Positions 17,145 to 26,701 of a stretch of DNA of 37,165 nucleotides are shown piece by piece. The notes under the pieces were generated by a model that searched no databases, had not been told where the DNA came from, and worked only from the letters and a program-made list of their open reading frames with translations. Both the position numbers and the translations under genes were made by a program. Position 1 is the first letter of the stretch. Every line of letters starts with the position of its first letter. The stretch is from Nocardioides sp. (GTDB lineage: Bacteria; Actinomycetota; Actinomycetes; Propionibacteriales; Nocardioidaceae): contig JAOPXF010000384.1 in assembly GCA_025965295.1 (NCBI GenBank), forward strand, positions 1-37,165, written 5' to 3'.

Positions 17145-17639
17145 TCAGGTGCGCGGTCGGGCCGCCCCCGAGACTTGGGGGTGCGGCCTCGCTCGACCAC
17201 CCCCGTGTCGAGCGAGGCCCCCTGGTCGCTCGGCCTGGCGGCGTTTTCCTGTGTCCCCCGCAGTGGCGAACCCGTCAGGTCGAGCCCCGGCAGCGCGGAC
17301 CCGGCGCCGGTGGCGAGCGAGGGTCGCCACGCGCGAGACCAGCGCTGCCGCGCCGACGAGCGCCGCGGCGTGCCGGAGGTCACCGGGCGTGAAGGTGAGC
17401 TGGCCGCCGTCGTGCACGACGAAGCCGGTGAGGAACGCCCAGGTCGTCACCGCCAGCGCGACGGCGTACCGCCACGGGAGGAGCAGGCTCCCGCCGACGC
17501 CGATGGCCACCAGGACGAGTCCGCCGGCCGGGGCGGGGAGCTGCCGGCACACGGCAGTGGCGGCCAGCTCGAGGCCGGCCGCGCTCGCGAAGCCCACCCC
17601 GGGAAGCGACCAGAGGGACGGGTGCGGCGTGCTGGACAT
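17145..17639 (-). CDS. Small membrane protein resembling the stand-alone KdpD TM-like (DUF4118-type) proteins near actinobacterial kdp operons
   Basis: Hydrophobic helices and WAFLTGFVVHDGGQLTF..D; TTCACT-N6-ATG at 17639; C-terminal ~50 aa low complexity and uncertain. Confidence 0.6.
   Translation of the reverse strand: MSSTPHPSLWSLPGVGFASAAGLELAATAVCRQLPAPAGGLVLVAIGVGGSLLLPWRYAVALAVTTWAFLTGFVVHDGGQLTFTPGDLRHAAALVGAAALVSRVATLARHRRRVRAAGARPDGFATAGDTGKRRQAERPGGLARHGGGRARPHPQVSGAARPRT
17158..17225 (+). ncRNA. Candidate structured small RNA with C-rich motifs (6C-RNA-like); alternatively a bidirectional terminator
   Basis: Perfect 13-bp stem 17185-17197/17207-17219 with CACCCCCGT loop, plus an upstream hairpin 17160-17188. 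Confidence 0.4.
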
Positions 17640-17679
17640 GCCTTCAGTGAAGGCCCGCGCGTCCGCGGACGGAAGGCGC

Positions 17680-17812
17680 CTTGACGCATCCCTGACACCC
17701 GGGCGGGCATCCTGACGCATCCCTGACGTCGGTCCATGTGGTGACCGATCCACCCGGCTGCCCCGAAAGCCGTCAAGAAGGGACCACGGACCGTCAAGGA
17801 ACCGTCAAGGAC
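17680..17812. promoter_or_regulatory. Mirror-image direct-repeat arrays, putative KdpE sites of a divergent promoter
   Basis: TGAC at 17682, 17693, 17713, 17724; GTCA(AG) at 17772, 17793, 17804; 11-bp units. Confidence 0.75.
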
Positions 17813-17850
17813 CCCTGCCCGGGGCCCTGGGTGGGCCTATCAATGAGGAC

Positions 17851-17943
17851 GTGTCCGACTTCGTCTTCGTGCTCCTGACCCTCGTGGCCTTCGGGCTGCT
17901 CGCCGTCCTGGTGGGCATCCTGGACCGGCGGTTGTCCAAGTGA
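17851..17943 (+). CDS. 30-aa single-TM peptide at the head of the kdp operon (kdpF position)
   Basis: GTG..TGA encodes [30 protein letters not shown]; GC3-rich codons; stop overlaps the kdpA start (GTGA); below the ORF-track cutoff. Confidence 0.8.
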   Translation: MSDFVFVLLTLVAFGLLAVLVGILDRRLSK

Positions 17944-19604
17944 GCTCCCTCGCCCCCGCCCTGGGCCAGGTCGCGGTGCTCGTGGCCGCGCTGGCGCTCG
18001 CCGTGCCGTTCCTCGGCCGCTACCTCGCCCACGTCTACACCTCGCCCCGGCACCTCGCGGTCGAGCGGGCGTCGTACCGGCTGGTCCGCGTCGATCCCGA
18101 CGCGGACCAGCACTGGCGCACCTACGCGATGTCCGTGCTCGGGTTCTCGCTGGCCGGCGTCCTCGTCCTCTACGGCTTCGGCCGGCTTCAGAGCCACCTG
18201 CCGCTCTCCCTCGGCTTCCCCGGACTGCCGGCCGACGGTGCCTGGAACACGGCCGTCTCGTTCGTCACCAACACGGACTGGCAGTGGTACTCCGGCGAGG
18301 CCGCCACCGGTCATCTGTTCCAGATGTCCGGGCTGACCGTCCAGAACTTCGTCTCCGCCGGCGTCGGCATGGCCGTGGCCGCCGCGCTGGCCCGGGGCCT
18401 GGCCCGCTCCCTCCAGGACGGCCGGGTGGGCAACTTCTGGAGCGACCTGGTCCGGACCGTGGTCCGCGTCCTGCTGCCGATCTCGCTGGTCGCGGCCGTC
18501 CTGCTGGTCGCCCTCGGAGTCGTCCAGAACCTGCTCGAACCGCAGGTCGTGCACACGCTGGCGGGCGGGGTCCAGCACGTCACCGGCGGCCCGGTGGCGA
18601 GCCAGGAGGCGATCAAGGAGCTGGGCACCAACGGCGGTGGCTTCTACAACGCGAACTCCGCCCATCCCTTCGAGAACCCGAGCCCTCTCACCGACGTCTT
18701 CGAGATCTTCCTGCTCCTCGTCATCCCCTTCGCGATGGCCTGGGCCTTCGGGATCATGGTGGGCGACCGTCGCCAGGGTGGCGCCGTCCTCGCCGTGATG
18801 GTCACGCTGTGGGGTGCCGGCGTCGCGCTGCTCACCTGGGCGGAGATGGCGGCTCCCGGAACGGCGCCGGGCCTCGCCGGCGGCGCGATGGAGGGCAAGG
18901 AGACCCGTTTCGGCGAGGCCGCGTCCGCGCTCTTCGCCGCGTCGACCACCGGCACCTCCACGGGAGCTGTCAACTCGATGCACGACTCCCTCACTGCCCC
19001 CGGCGGCGGCGTCGCCCTCTTCAACATGATGCTCGGCGAGGTCGCGCCCGGCGGGGTCGGCTCGGGCCTCTACGGCTTGTTGATGCTGGCCGTCGTCACG
19101 GTCTTCCTCGCCGGCCTGATGGTCGGGCGCACCCCGGAGTACCTCGGCAAGAAGATCGGGCAGCGTGAGGTCACCCTGGTCGCCTGCTACGTGCTCACCA
19201 CCCCGGTGCTCGTCCTGGTCGGGGGAGCCATCGGGCTGACCGCCAGCGACGGTCTGGCCGGCCTGCTGAACACCGGGCCGCACGGCCTCTCCGAGGGTTT
19301 GTACGCCGTCACGTCGGCGTCGAACAACAACGGGTCGGCGTTCGCCGGGATCACCTCGAGCACGCCGTTCTGGAACACGCTGCTCGGACTGTGCATGCTG
19401 TTCGGCCGGTTCCTGCCGATGGTCTTCGTCCTCGCCCTCGCCGGCTTGTTCGCCGGGCGGCAGAAGCTGCCACCCAGCGCCGGCACCCTGCCCACTCACC
19501 GGCCACTCTTCGTGGTCCTCCTCACGGGCGTGGCCCTGGTCGTGGTCGGTCTGACCTACGTGCCGGTGCTCGTCCTCGGTCCGATCGTGGAGTCCCTGTC
19601 GTGA
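17940..19604 (+). CDS. kdpA: K+-transporting ATPase subunit A
   Basis: [57 protein letters not shown]. Confidence 0.98.
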   Translation: MSSLAPALGQVAVLVAALALAVPFLGRYLAHVYTSPRHLAVERASYRLVRVDPDADQHWRTYAMSVLGFSLAGVLVLYGFGRLQSHLPLSLGFPGLPADGAWNTAVSFVTNTDWQWYSGEAATGHLFQMSGLTVQNFVSAGVGMAVAAALARGLARSLQDGRVGNFWSDLVRTVVRVLLPISLVAAVLLVALGVVQNLLEPQVVHTLAGGVQHVTGGPVASQEAIKELGTNGGGFYNANSAHPFENPSPLTDVFEIFLLLVIPFAMAWAFGIMVGDRRQGGAVLAVMVTLWGAGVALLTWAEMAAPGTAPGLAGGAMEGKETRFGEAASALFAASTTGTSTGAVNSMHDSLTAPGGGVALFNMMLGEVAPGGVGSGLYGLLMLAVVTVFLAGLMVGRTPEYLGKKIGQREVTLVACYVLTTPVLVLVGGAIGLTASDGLAGLLNTGPHGLSEGLYAVTSASNNNGSAFAGITSSTPFWNTLLGLCMLFGRFLPMVFVLALAGLFAGRQKLPPSAGTLPTHRPLFVVLLTGVALVVVGLTYVPVLVLGPIVESLS

Positions 19605-21697
19605 ACACCCACCACCCCGCGCCGGTCCGGCGCCCCCTCGGCAGCCAGCTCCTCGAGGCTCTGCCCGCCGCCCTGCGCAAGCTCGACCCGCGCGAGCTCG
19701 CGGGGTCCCCCGTGATGCTGGTCGTCGAAGTCGGCTCCGTGGCCACCACGATCATGGCCGTGGTCGACCCGAGCACGCTGGCCATCGGCGTGGCCCTCTG
19801 GCTGTGGCTGACGGTGCTCTTCGGCACGCTCGCCGAGGCCGTGGCAGAGGGTCGCGGCAAGGCCCAGGCCGCCAGCCTGCGCGCGCTCCAGCAGGAGACG
19901 ACGGCGCGCCGCGTCCGCGGCAGCAGCGACCAGCTGAAGTACACCGGCAACCTCGCAACCCTCCAGGTCGACCGGGTGCCGAGCACCTCGCTGCGCGCAG
20001 GAGACGTCGTGGTCGTCGAGGCCGGCGAGCGGATCCCCGGTGACGGCGACGTCATCGAGGGAGTCGCGTCGGTCGACGAGTCGGCCGTCACCGGCGAGTC
20101 CGCACCGGTGATCCGCGAGTCGGGGGGAGACCGCTCCGCCGTCACCGGAGGCACGGTCGTGCTGTCCGACCGGATCGCCGTCCGGATCACCTCCGAGCCG
20201 GGCCAGTCGTTCGTCGACCGGATGATCGCCCTGGTCGAGGGCTCCGAGCGCCAGCGCACGCCGAACGAGATCGCGCTGAACATCCTGCTCACCGCGCTCA
20301 CCGCGATCTTCGTCGTGGTGGTCGGCACGCTCTACTACCTCGCCGACTACAGCGGCACGAACCCGTCGTGGGTCGTCCTCACCGCGTTGCTCGTCTGCCT
20401 GATCCCGACGACGATCGGCGCGCTCCTCTCGGCCATCGGCATCGCCGGCATGGACCGGCTGGTCCGGCGCAACGTGCTGGCCATGTCGGGCCGTGCGGTC
20501 GAGGCGGCCGGCGACGTCGACGTGCTGCTGCTCGACAAGACGGGGACGATCACCTACGGGAACCGGCGGGCCACCGAGCTGCTGGCCCTCACCGGGGTCA
20601 CCGGGGTCGAGATCGCCCGGGCGGCGCTGCTGTCCTCACTGGCCGACGAGACGCCGGAGGGACGCAGCATCGTCACGCTCGTCAAGGGCGGTCTCGAGAC
20701 GGCTGCCTCGCAACCTCCTCCACCACCGGAGGAGGGAAGCCTCGTCGCGTTCTCCGCGACCACCCGGATGAGCGGCATCGACCTCCCGGACCGGGTGATC
20801 CGCAAGGGTGCCGCCAGCGCCGTCGCGCAGTGGGCGCACAGCACCGGCGTGCCGGCCGCGGAGACGGCCGGCGGCGAGCTGACCGTCCTCGTCGACGGCG
20901 TGAGCGCGTCGGGAGGCACACCGCTCGTGGTCGCCGAGCGCGTCGGCGAACGGCCCGCCCGGATCCTCGGCGTCATCCACCTCAAGGACGTCGTCAAGCC
21001 GGGCATGCGCGAGCGCTTCGACGAGATGCGCGCGATGGGTATCCGTACGGTGATGATCACCGGCGACAACGCCATCACCGCCCGGGCGATCGCCGAAGAG
21101 GCGGGGGTCGACGACTTCCTCGCGGAGGCGACCCCCGAGGACAAGATGGCACTGATCCGCAAGGAGCAGGGCGGCGGCCGGATGGTCGCGATGTGCGGCG
21201 ACGGCACCAACGACGCGCCGGCGCTCGCCCAGGCCGACGTCGGCGTCGCCATGAACACCGGGACGATGGCGGCCAAGGAGGCCGGCAACATGGTCGACCT
21301 CGACTCCGACCCGACCAAGCTGATCGACATCGTGGAGATCGGCAAGCAGCTGCTGATCACCCGCGGCGCGCTCACGACATTCTCGATCGCCAACGACATC
21401 GCGAAGTACTTCGCGATCCTGCCCGCGATGTTCGTGGTCGCGTTCCCCGAGCTCGACGTCCTGAACGTCATGCACCTGTCGAGCCCGGAGTCGGCCATCC
21501 TCTCCGCGGTCGTCTTCAACGCGCTGGTCATCGTCGCGCTGATCCCCCTGTCCCTGCGCGGCGTGCGCTACACGCCGTCCTCGGCCGCCGACCTGCTGCG
21601 CCGCAACCTGCTCATCTACGGCGTCGGCGGCCTGGTCACCCCGTTCGTGGGCATCAAGCTGCTCGACCTCGTCATCTCGCTCATCCCAGGAGTCTGA
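19601..21697 (+). CDS. kdpB: K+-transporting P-type ATPase subunit B
   Basis: [43 protein letters not shown]; GTGA overlap. Confidence 0.98.
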   Translation: MNTHHPAPVRRPLGSQLLEALPAALRKLDPRELAGSPVMLVVEVGSVATTIMAVVDPSTLAIGVALWLWLTVLFGTLAEAVAEGRGKAQAASLRALQQETTARRVRGSSDQLKYTGNLATLQVDRVPSTSLRAGDVVVVEAGERIPGDGDVIEGVASVDESAVTGESAPVIRESGGDRSAVTGGTVVLSDRIAVRITSEPGQSFVDRMIALVEGSERQRTPNEIALNILLTALTAIFVVVVGTLYYLADYSGTNPSWVVLTALLVCLIPTTIGALLSAIGIAGMDRLVRRNVLAMSGRAVEAAGDVDVLLLDKTGTITYGNRRATELLALTGVTGVEIARAALLSSLADETPEGRSIVTLVKGGLETAASQPPPPPEEGSLVAFSATTRMSGIDLPDRVIRKGAASAVAQWAHSTGVPAAETAGGELTVLVDGVSASGGTPLVVAERVGERPARILGVIHLKDVVKPGMRERFDEMRAMGIRTVMITGDNAITARAIAEEAGVDDFLAEATPEDKMALIRKEQGGGRMVAMCGDGTNDAPALAQADVGVAMNTGTMAAKEAGNMVDLDSDPTKLIDIVEIGKQLLITRGALTTFSIANDIAKYFAILPAMFVVAFPELDVLNVMHLSSPESAILSAVVFNALVIVALIPLSLRGVRYTPSSAADLLRRNLLIYGVGGLVTPFVGIKLLDLVISLIPGV

Positions 21698-21705
21698 TCA
21701 CCGCC

Positions 21706-22335
21706 ATGAAGGATCTCCACGCACTCTTCCGCCACAGCCTGGCCGGCCTTCGCATGCTCGTCGCGGCGACCCTGCTGCTCGGCGTCGTCTACCCGCTGGT
21801 CGTCACCGGGATCGCCCAGGTCGCCTTTCCATGGCGGGCCGACGGCTCCCTCGTGACGGCTGCGGGCACCCACACCACCGATGCCGACAAGGCGGTCGGC
21901 TCGGCCCTGCTGGGTCAGCTGGTCGACGACCCCGGCCTCTTCCAGCCACGGCCGTCCGCCGCGGGCGACGGCTACGACCCGCTCAACAGCTACGGCTCGA
22001 ACCTGGGCCCCGAGAGCCCCGACCTGATCGCCGCGATCAAGGAGCGCAAGGCCGACATCGCCGAGCGCGAAGGGGTCGACCCGGCCGAGGTGCCGGCGGA
22101 CGCGGTCACGGCGTCGGGCTCGGGGCTGGACCCCGACATCTCGATCCAGTACGCCGACCTCCAGGTCACCCGGGTGGCCCGCGCCAACGACCTGACCGAG
22201 GCGCAGGTGCGCGGGCTGGTGGCGGACCACACCTCGGCCCGGACGCTGGGCGTCCTCGGGGAGCCGCGCGTGAACGTGCTCGAGCTCAACATCGACGTGC
22301 TCCGGCTGGCGGGGCGCGACGCGCCGCCCGCCTGA
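21706..22335 (+). CDS. kdpC: K+-transporting ATPase subunit C
   Basis: YPLVVTGIAQ, GSALLGQ, RPSAAG, TASGSGLDPDIS, GEPRVNVLELN. Confidence 0.97.
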   Translation: MKDLHALFRHSLAGLRMLVAATLLLGVVYPLVVTGIAQVAFPWRADGSLVTAAGTHTTDADKAVGSALLGQLVDDPGLFQPRPSAAGDGYDPLNSYGSNLGPESPDLIAAIKERKADIAEREGVDPAEVPADAVTASGSGLDPDISIQYADLQVTRVARANDLTEAQVRGLVADHTSARTLGVLGEPRVNVLELNIDVLRLAGRDAPPA

Positions 22336-22351
22336 CTGGCAGGATCGAGCC

Positions 22352-24883
22352 ATGGTGGAGGCGGGGCGCCGCGGCCGGCTGACGGTCTACCTCGGCGCGG
22401 CTCCCGGGGTCGGGAAGACCTACGCGATGCTGGGTGAGGCCCGGCGTCGGTGCGAACGCGGCACGGACGTCGTCGTCGGGTACGTCGAGACGCACGGCCG
22501 CGAGCACACCGAGGCGATGGTCGACGGGCTCGAGGTGGTGCCCCGCGCGGAGATCTCCTACCGCGGCACCACCTTCACCGAGATGGACACCGCGGCCGTC
22601 ATCGCCCGGCGGCCCGCCGTGGTCTGCGTGGACGAGCTGGCCCACACCAACGTCCCCGGCAGCCGGCACGAGAAGCGGGCCGAGGACGTCGAGCAGATCC
22701 GCGCCGCGGGCATCGACGTCGTCACGACCGTCAACATCCAGCACCTCGAGTCGCTCAACGACGCGGTCGAGCGGATCACGGGAGTCCGCCAGCGGGAGAC
22801 GGTGCCGGACGAGCTGGTGCGCACGGCCGACCAGATCCAGCTGGTCGACATGTCCCCCGACGCGCTGCGGCGCCGGATGGCGCACGGCAACGTGTACCGC
22901 GCCGAGCAGATCGACGCCTCCCTCACGTCCTACTTCCGGGTCGGCAACCTGACCGCGCTGCGCGAGCTGGCCCTGCTCTGGCTCGCCGACCGGGTCGATG
23001 ACGCCCTGGACGACTACCGGCGCGACCACGGCATCGAGCAGCCGTGGCCGGCCAAGGAGCGGATCGTCGTCGCGGTCACCGGCGGTCCGGAGAGCGAGAC
23101 CCTGCTGCGCCGCGGCGCCCGGCTCGCCCAGCGCGCCGCCGGCTCGGAGCTGCTCGCCGTCCACGTCATCTCCAGCGACGGTCTGGCCAACCCCGACGAG
23201 ACCCGCGTCGCCCGGGCCCAGCAACTCGTGGCCTCCCTGGGCGGGACCTTCCACTCCGTGGTGGGCGAGGACGTCTCGGCGGCCGTGGTGGACTTCGCGT
23301 CCGGCGCGAACGCGACGATGATCGTCGTCGGTGTCTCCCGCCACGGTCGAGTCCGTCGCCTGTTCACCGGCACCACCGGCGACCGGATCGCGGCCCTGGC
23401 CGAGTCGATCGACGTACACCTCGTCACGCACGACGAGGTGGCGCGGGCGACGCGGAGGCACTGGTACCTCTCCCCGCTCAGTCGGGAGCGCCAGGTCGTC
23501 GGCCTGGTGGCCTCGGTCGTCCTGCCGGTGCTGCTCACGGTCGTGCTGGAGATGGTGAGCGACCCCGACCAGCTGCCGATCGACGTGCTGCTGTTCCTGG
23601 CGGTCACGGTGCTGGTGGCGCTGGTCGGCGGCCTCGTGCCCGCGCTGGTCACCGCGCTGGGGGGCTTCCTGTTGATGAACTGGTTCTTCACCCCGCCGGT
23701 GCGCCGGTTGACGATCTCCGAGCCCACGAACCTCGTCGCACTCCTGGTGTTCGTGGCAGTGGCGGTCGGGGTGGCCACGGTCGTGGACCGGGCCTCGCGG
23801 CGTGCCGCGGACGCGGTGCGCGCCCGCACGGAGGCCGCGACCATGGGCTCGTTGTCCCGCTCGGTCCTCACCGGGCAGGACACCGCCGAGGCGATCGTGG
23901 AACGGCTGCGCGAGGTCTTCGGGCAGGACGCCGTCTCCCTGCTGGCCCGAGGGCCGGCGGGCTGGACGGTGGTCGCGGCCAGCGGCACCACCCCGGCCGG
24001 TGCCCCCGATGACGGTGACACCCGCGTCAAGGTCGACGAGGACCACGTGATCGTCCTGTGCGGCTCCCCCCTGCGCGCGACCGACCAGCGGGTGCTGGAA
24101 GCGTTCGCCGTGCAGACCGGCCTGGTCCTCGAGCACCGCCGCCTGCGTGAGCGCGAGGACCGGGCCGCCAGCCTGGAGCGCGCCGAGGCCACGAGCACCG
24201 CCATCCTGCGGGCGGTCTCCCACGACCTCCGGACCCCGTTGGCGACCATGCGCGCGTCGGTCGACGGCCTGGTCACCGGGGCCCTGGGCTCCGAGGACCA
24301 GGCCGAGCTGGTCGCCGCGGTGGAGTCGTCCACCGAGCAGCTCGAGCGGCTGATCGACAACCTGCTCGACCTCTCCAGGCTCCAGTCCGGCCTGCTGCAC
24401 CCGGTGCTCCGCGACCGCAGTCTCGAGGAGGTGCTGCCCCTCGCCGTGGCCGGCCAGCCGGACGGTGCCGTGTCCCTCGAGCTCGACGAGTCGGCGCCGA
24501 TGGTCCGGACCGACGCCGGTCTGCTCGAACGGGTCGTGGCCAACCTGGTCGCCAACGCCGTCCGCGTGTCGGCGGGCAACACCCCGGTGCGCGTCATGGC
24601 CCACGTCCTGCCGGGGTCCGTGGACATCCTGGTCGTCGATCGCGGACCCGGAGTGCCACCGGCTCAGCGCGAGCGGATGTTCGAGCCCTTCCAGCGCCTC
24701 GACGACACCAGTCCGGGCGGGCTGGGTCTCGGACTCGCGGTCGCGCGCGGCCTCACCGAGGCGGTGGGCGGGACCCTCACGGCCGAGGACACCCCGGGAG
24801 GTGGCCTGACGATGGTCCTGTCGGTCCCGCGGGCCGAGAGCCGAGCCGAGCCGTCGGTTTCCCCGGCCCAGGTGGTCCCGTGA
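22352..24883 (+). CDS. kdpD: Sensor histidine kinase KdpD
   Basis: YLGAAPGVGKT, VDELAHTN, NIQHLESLND, USP domain, 4 TM, SHDLRTPL, GLGLGL. Confidence 0.97.
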   Translation: MVEAGRRGRLTVYLGAAPGVGKTYAMLGEARRRCERGTDVVVGYVETHGREHTEAMVDGLEVVPRAEISYRGTTFTEMDTAAVIARRPAVVCVDELAHTNVPGSRHEKRAEDVEQIRAAGIDVVTTVNIQHLESLNDAVERITGVRQRETVPDELVRTADQIQLVDMSPDALRRRMAHGNVYRAEQIDASLTSYFRVGNLTALRELALLWLADRVDDALDDYRRDHGIEQPWPAKERIVVAVTGGPESETLLRRGARLAQRAAGSELLAVHVISSDGLANPDETRVARAQQLVASLGGTFHSVVGEDVSAAVVDFASGANATMIVVGVSRHGRVRRLFTGTTGDRIAALAESIDVHLVTHDEVARATRRHWYLSPLSRERQVVGLVASVVLPVLLTVVLEMVSDPDQLPIDVLLFLAVTVLVALVGGLVPALVTALGGFLLMNWFFTPPVRRLTISEPTNLVALLVFVAVAVGVATVVDRASRRAADAVRARTEAATMGSLSRSVLTGQDTAEAIVERLREVFGQDAVSLLARGPAGWTVVAASGTTPAGAPDDGDTRVKVDEDHVIVLCGSPLRATDQRVLEAFAVQTGLVLEHRRLREREDRAASLERAEATSTAILRAVSHDLRTPLATMRASVDGLVTGALGSEDQAELVAAVESSTEQLERLIDNLLDLSRLQSGLLHPVLRDRSLEEVLPLAVAGQPDGAVSLELDESAPMVRTDAGLLERVVANLVANAVRVSAGNTPVRVMAHVLPGSVDILVVDRGPGVPPAQRERMFEPFQRLDDTSPGGLGLGLAVARGLTEAVGGTLTAEDTPGGGLTMVLSVPRAESRAEPSVSPAQVVP

Positions 24884-25560
24884 GGTCCAAGGTGCTGGTC
24901 GTCGACGACGAGCCGGCCCTGGCGCGGGCTCTGGCGATCAACCTGCGTGCGCACGGCTGGGACGTGGTCACGGCCGCGGACGGGCGGTCCGCCCTCGACG
25001 CGGCCGCGATCGAGCACCCCGACGTCATCGTGCTCGACCTGGGGCTGCCCGACATGGACGGGACCGAGGTGATCTCCGGGCTGCGGGGCTGGACGAGGGT
25101 GCCCATCGTGGTGCTGTCCGCCCGGCAGCACGGTGAGGACAAGATCGAGGCGCTCGACCTCGGGGCCGACGACTACGTCACCAAGCCGTTCGCGATGAAC
25201 GAGCTGATGGCGCGCCTGCGGGCGGCCGTACGACGCAGCCAGGAGGCCGCTCCCACGGTCTCGACCGTCGAGGTCGGCGACCTGGTCATCGACCTGGCGC
25301 GCAAGCGCGTGACCCGCGCCGGCGACGACGTACGGCTCACGCCCACCGAGTGGGCGTTCCTCGAGCTGTTGGCCCGCAACGTCGGGAAGCTGGTCCCACG
25401 CAGCCAGATCCTCCGCGAGGTGTGGGGGCCGGCGTACGAGCACGAGTCCCACTACCTGCGGGTCTACGCGGCTCAGCTGCGGCGCAAGCTCGAGGCCGAC
25501 CCGGCACATCCGCGGCACCTCGTGACGACGAGCGGGCTCGGCTACACGCTGGAGCCCTGA
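24880..25560 (+). CDS. kdpE: Response regulator KdpE (OmpR family)
   Basis: LDLGLPDMDG, GADDYVTKPF, LTPTE, YLRVY..QLRRKLE; coupled to kdpD. Confidence 0.96.
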   Translation: MRSKVLVVDDEPALARALAINLRAHGWDVVTAADGRSALDAAAIEHPDVIVLDLGLPDMDGTEVISGLRGWTRVPIVVLSARQHGEDKIEALDLGADDYVTKPFAMNELMARLRAAVRRSQEAAPTVSTVEVGDLVIDLARKRVTRAGDDVRLTPTEWAFLELLARNVGKLVPRSQILREVWGPAYEHESHYLRVYAAQLRRKLEADPAHPRHLVTTSGLGYTLEP

Positions 25561-25622
25561 GCTGCCGACGCGTCGCAGCCGGGTTCGCCCCCGGACAGCC
25601 ACCCGTCTGAGAGGGTTCAGCC

Positions 25623-26042
25623 ATGAAGTCAGCGGCGCGCCGGGTGGCCCTCGAAACGCTCGGCTGGGTGCTGGTCGTGGCCGGCATCGCCGCCCTCGTC
25701 CTGCCCGGCCCCGGCCTGCTCGGGATCTTCGCCGGTCTCGCCCTGCTCTCGCAGCAGTACGAGTGGGCCGAGCGGCGCCTCGAGCCGGTCAAGGAGAAGG
25801 CGCTCCGGGCCGCCGAGGAGAGCGTCGAGACCTGGGTGCGCATCGTCTTCTCCGCGACCCTGGCCGTGCTGCTCGTCGCCGCCGGTGTCCTGTGGATCTG
25901 GGGTCCGGAGGCCCCGGACTGGTGGACGCTCGACGAGAAGTGGTGGCTGGTCGGCGGCTGGGGGACCGGGATCACCCAGGTCGCCTCGGGTCTCTTCGCC
26001 ATGGGGATGATCGTCTGGAGCTACCGGAAGTACCGACAGTGA
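25623..26042 (+). CDS. PGPGW-type (TIGR02611-like) membrane protein
   Basis: LVLPGPGLL..FAGLALLSQQYEWA. Confidence 0.85.
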   Translation: MKSAARRVALETLGWVLVVAGIAALVLPGPGLLGIFAGLALLSQQYEWAERRLEPVKEKALRAAEESVETWVRIVFSATLAVLLVAAGVLWIWGPEAPDWWTLDEKWWLVGGWGTGITQVASGLFAMGMIVWSYRKYRQ

Positions 26043-26542
26043 CCGCACGGTTCGGCGCCGCCGAGATCGCGGAGGCGTACGCCGTCTTCCACGGCCACGT
26101 CCAGGAGTTCACCGCCTCCGGCGACTGGCACGGCTTCGCCGACCTCTTCACCGAGGACGCGGTCTACCGGGAGCACGCGTTCGGCGAGCTCCACGGCCGC
26201 GACGAGATCCGGGAGTGGTCGGTGCGCACGATGACGTCGTTCCCCGGGAGCGCGATGACCGGCTTCCCGCTGGCCTGGCAGGTCGTGGACGAGCCGACCT
26301 CGCGGCTGATCTGCGAGGTCCGCACCCTGATGCCCGACCCCGGTGACGGCTCGGCCCACGAGGAGTCGAACCTCACGATCATGACCTACGCCGGCGACGG
26401 GATGTTCTCCCGTGAGGAGGACGTCTACAACCCCCTGCGCTTCGCCCGGATGTCGGTGCGTTGGGCCCGGATCGCGCAGGCGCACGGCAACCTGGACGAC
26501 GAGGGCGCGGCGTACCTCGCGCAGCACGGCTCCCTGAGCTGA
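26039..26542 (+). CDS. NTF2/SnoaL-like protein
   Basis: GDW..FADLFTEDAVY.EH..G...GRDEIREW, EEDVYNP; GTGA overlap. Confidence 0.85.
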   Translation: MTARFGAAEIAEAYAVFHGHVQEFTASGDWHGFADLFTEDAVYREHAFGELHGRDEIREWSVRTMTSFPGSAMTGFPLAWQVVDEPTSRLICEVRTLMPDPGDGSAHEESNLTIMTYAGDGMFSREEDVYNPLRFARMSVRWARIAQAHGNLDDEGAAYLAQHGSLS

Positions 26543-26591
26543 GGCCTCGACCCGGAGGGCAATGAGCTCTGCGTCGCGTGGACGCAACGGC

Positions 26592-26640
26592 AGATGGCGG
26601 TGATCTCCAGTCACCAGGTGACGTGAGATCACCGCCATCT
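26592..26640. repeat. Long inverted repeat (REP-like hairpin or terminator)
   Basis: AGATGGCGGTGATCTC / GAGATCACCGCCATCT perfect 16 bp, with inner GTCAC-CAG-GTGAC. Confidence 0.75.
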
Positions 26641-26701
26641 TCGGCAAGCGATCACCGAGCAGGACACACATGCCCGTTCTGCACCGTGGGATCGTGGCGG
26701 C

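Noticed and set aside
17160-17219. Dual hairpin as the ANTAR target RNA
   Set aside because: ANTAR substrates have short stems with 6-nt A/G-patterned loops near an RBS or terminator; these stems and loops do not fit
17115-17715. Plus-strand ORFs 17115-17684 and 17134-17715
   Set aside because: Low-complexity translations with no RBS, antisense to the membrane-protein gene
17680-17812. Short repeats as a CRISPR array or VNTR
   Set aside because: Units are about 11 bp, helically phased and inverted between halves; no spacers or cas genes; better explained as transcription-factor sites
17740-17850. c-di-AMP (ydaO) riboswitch upstream of kdp
   Set aside because: No recognisable aptamer, and the first gene appears leaderless
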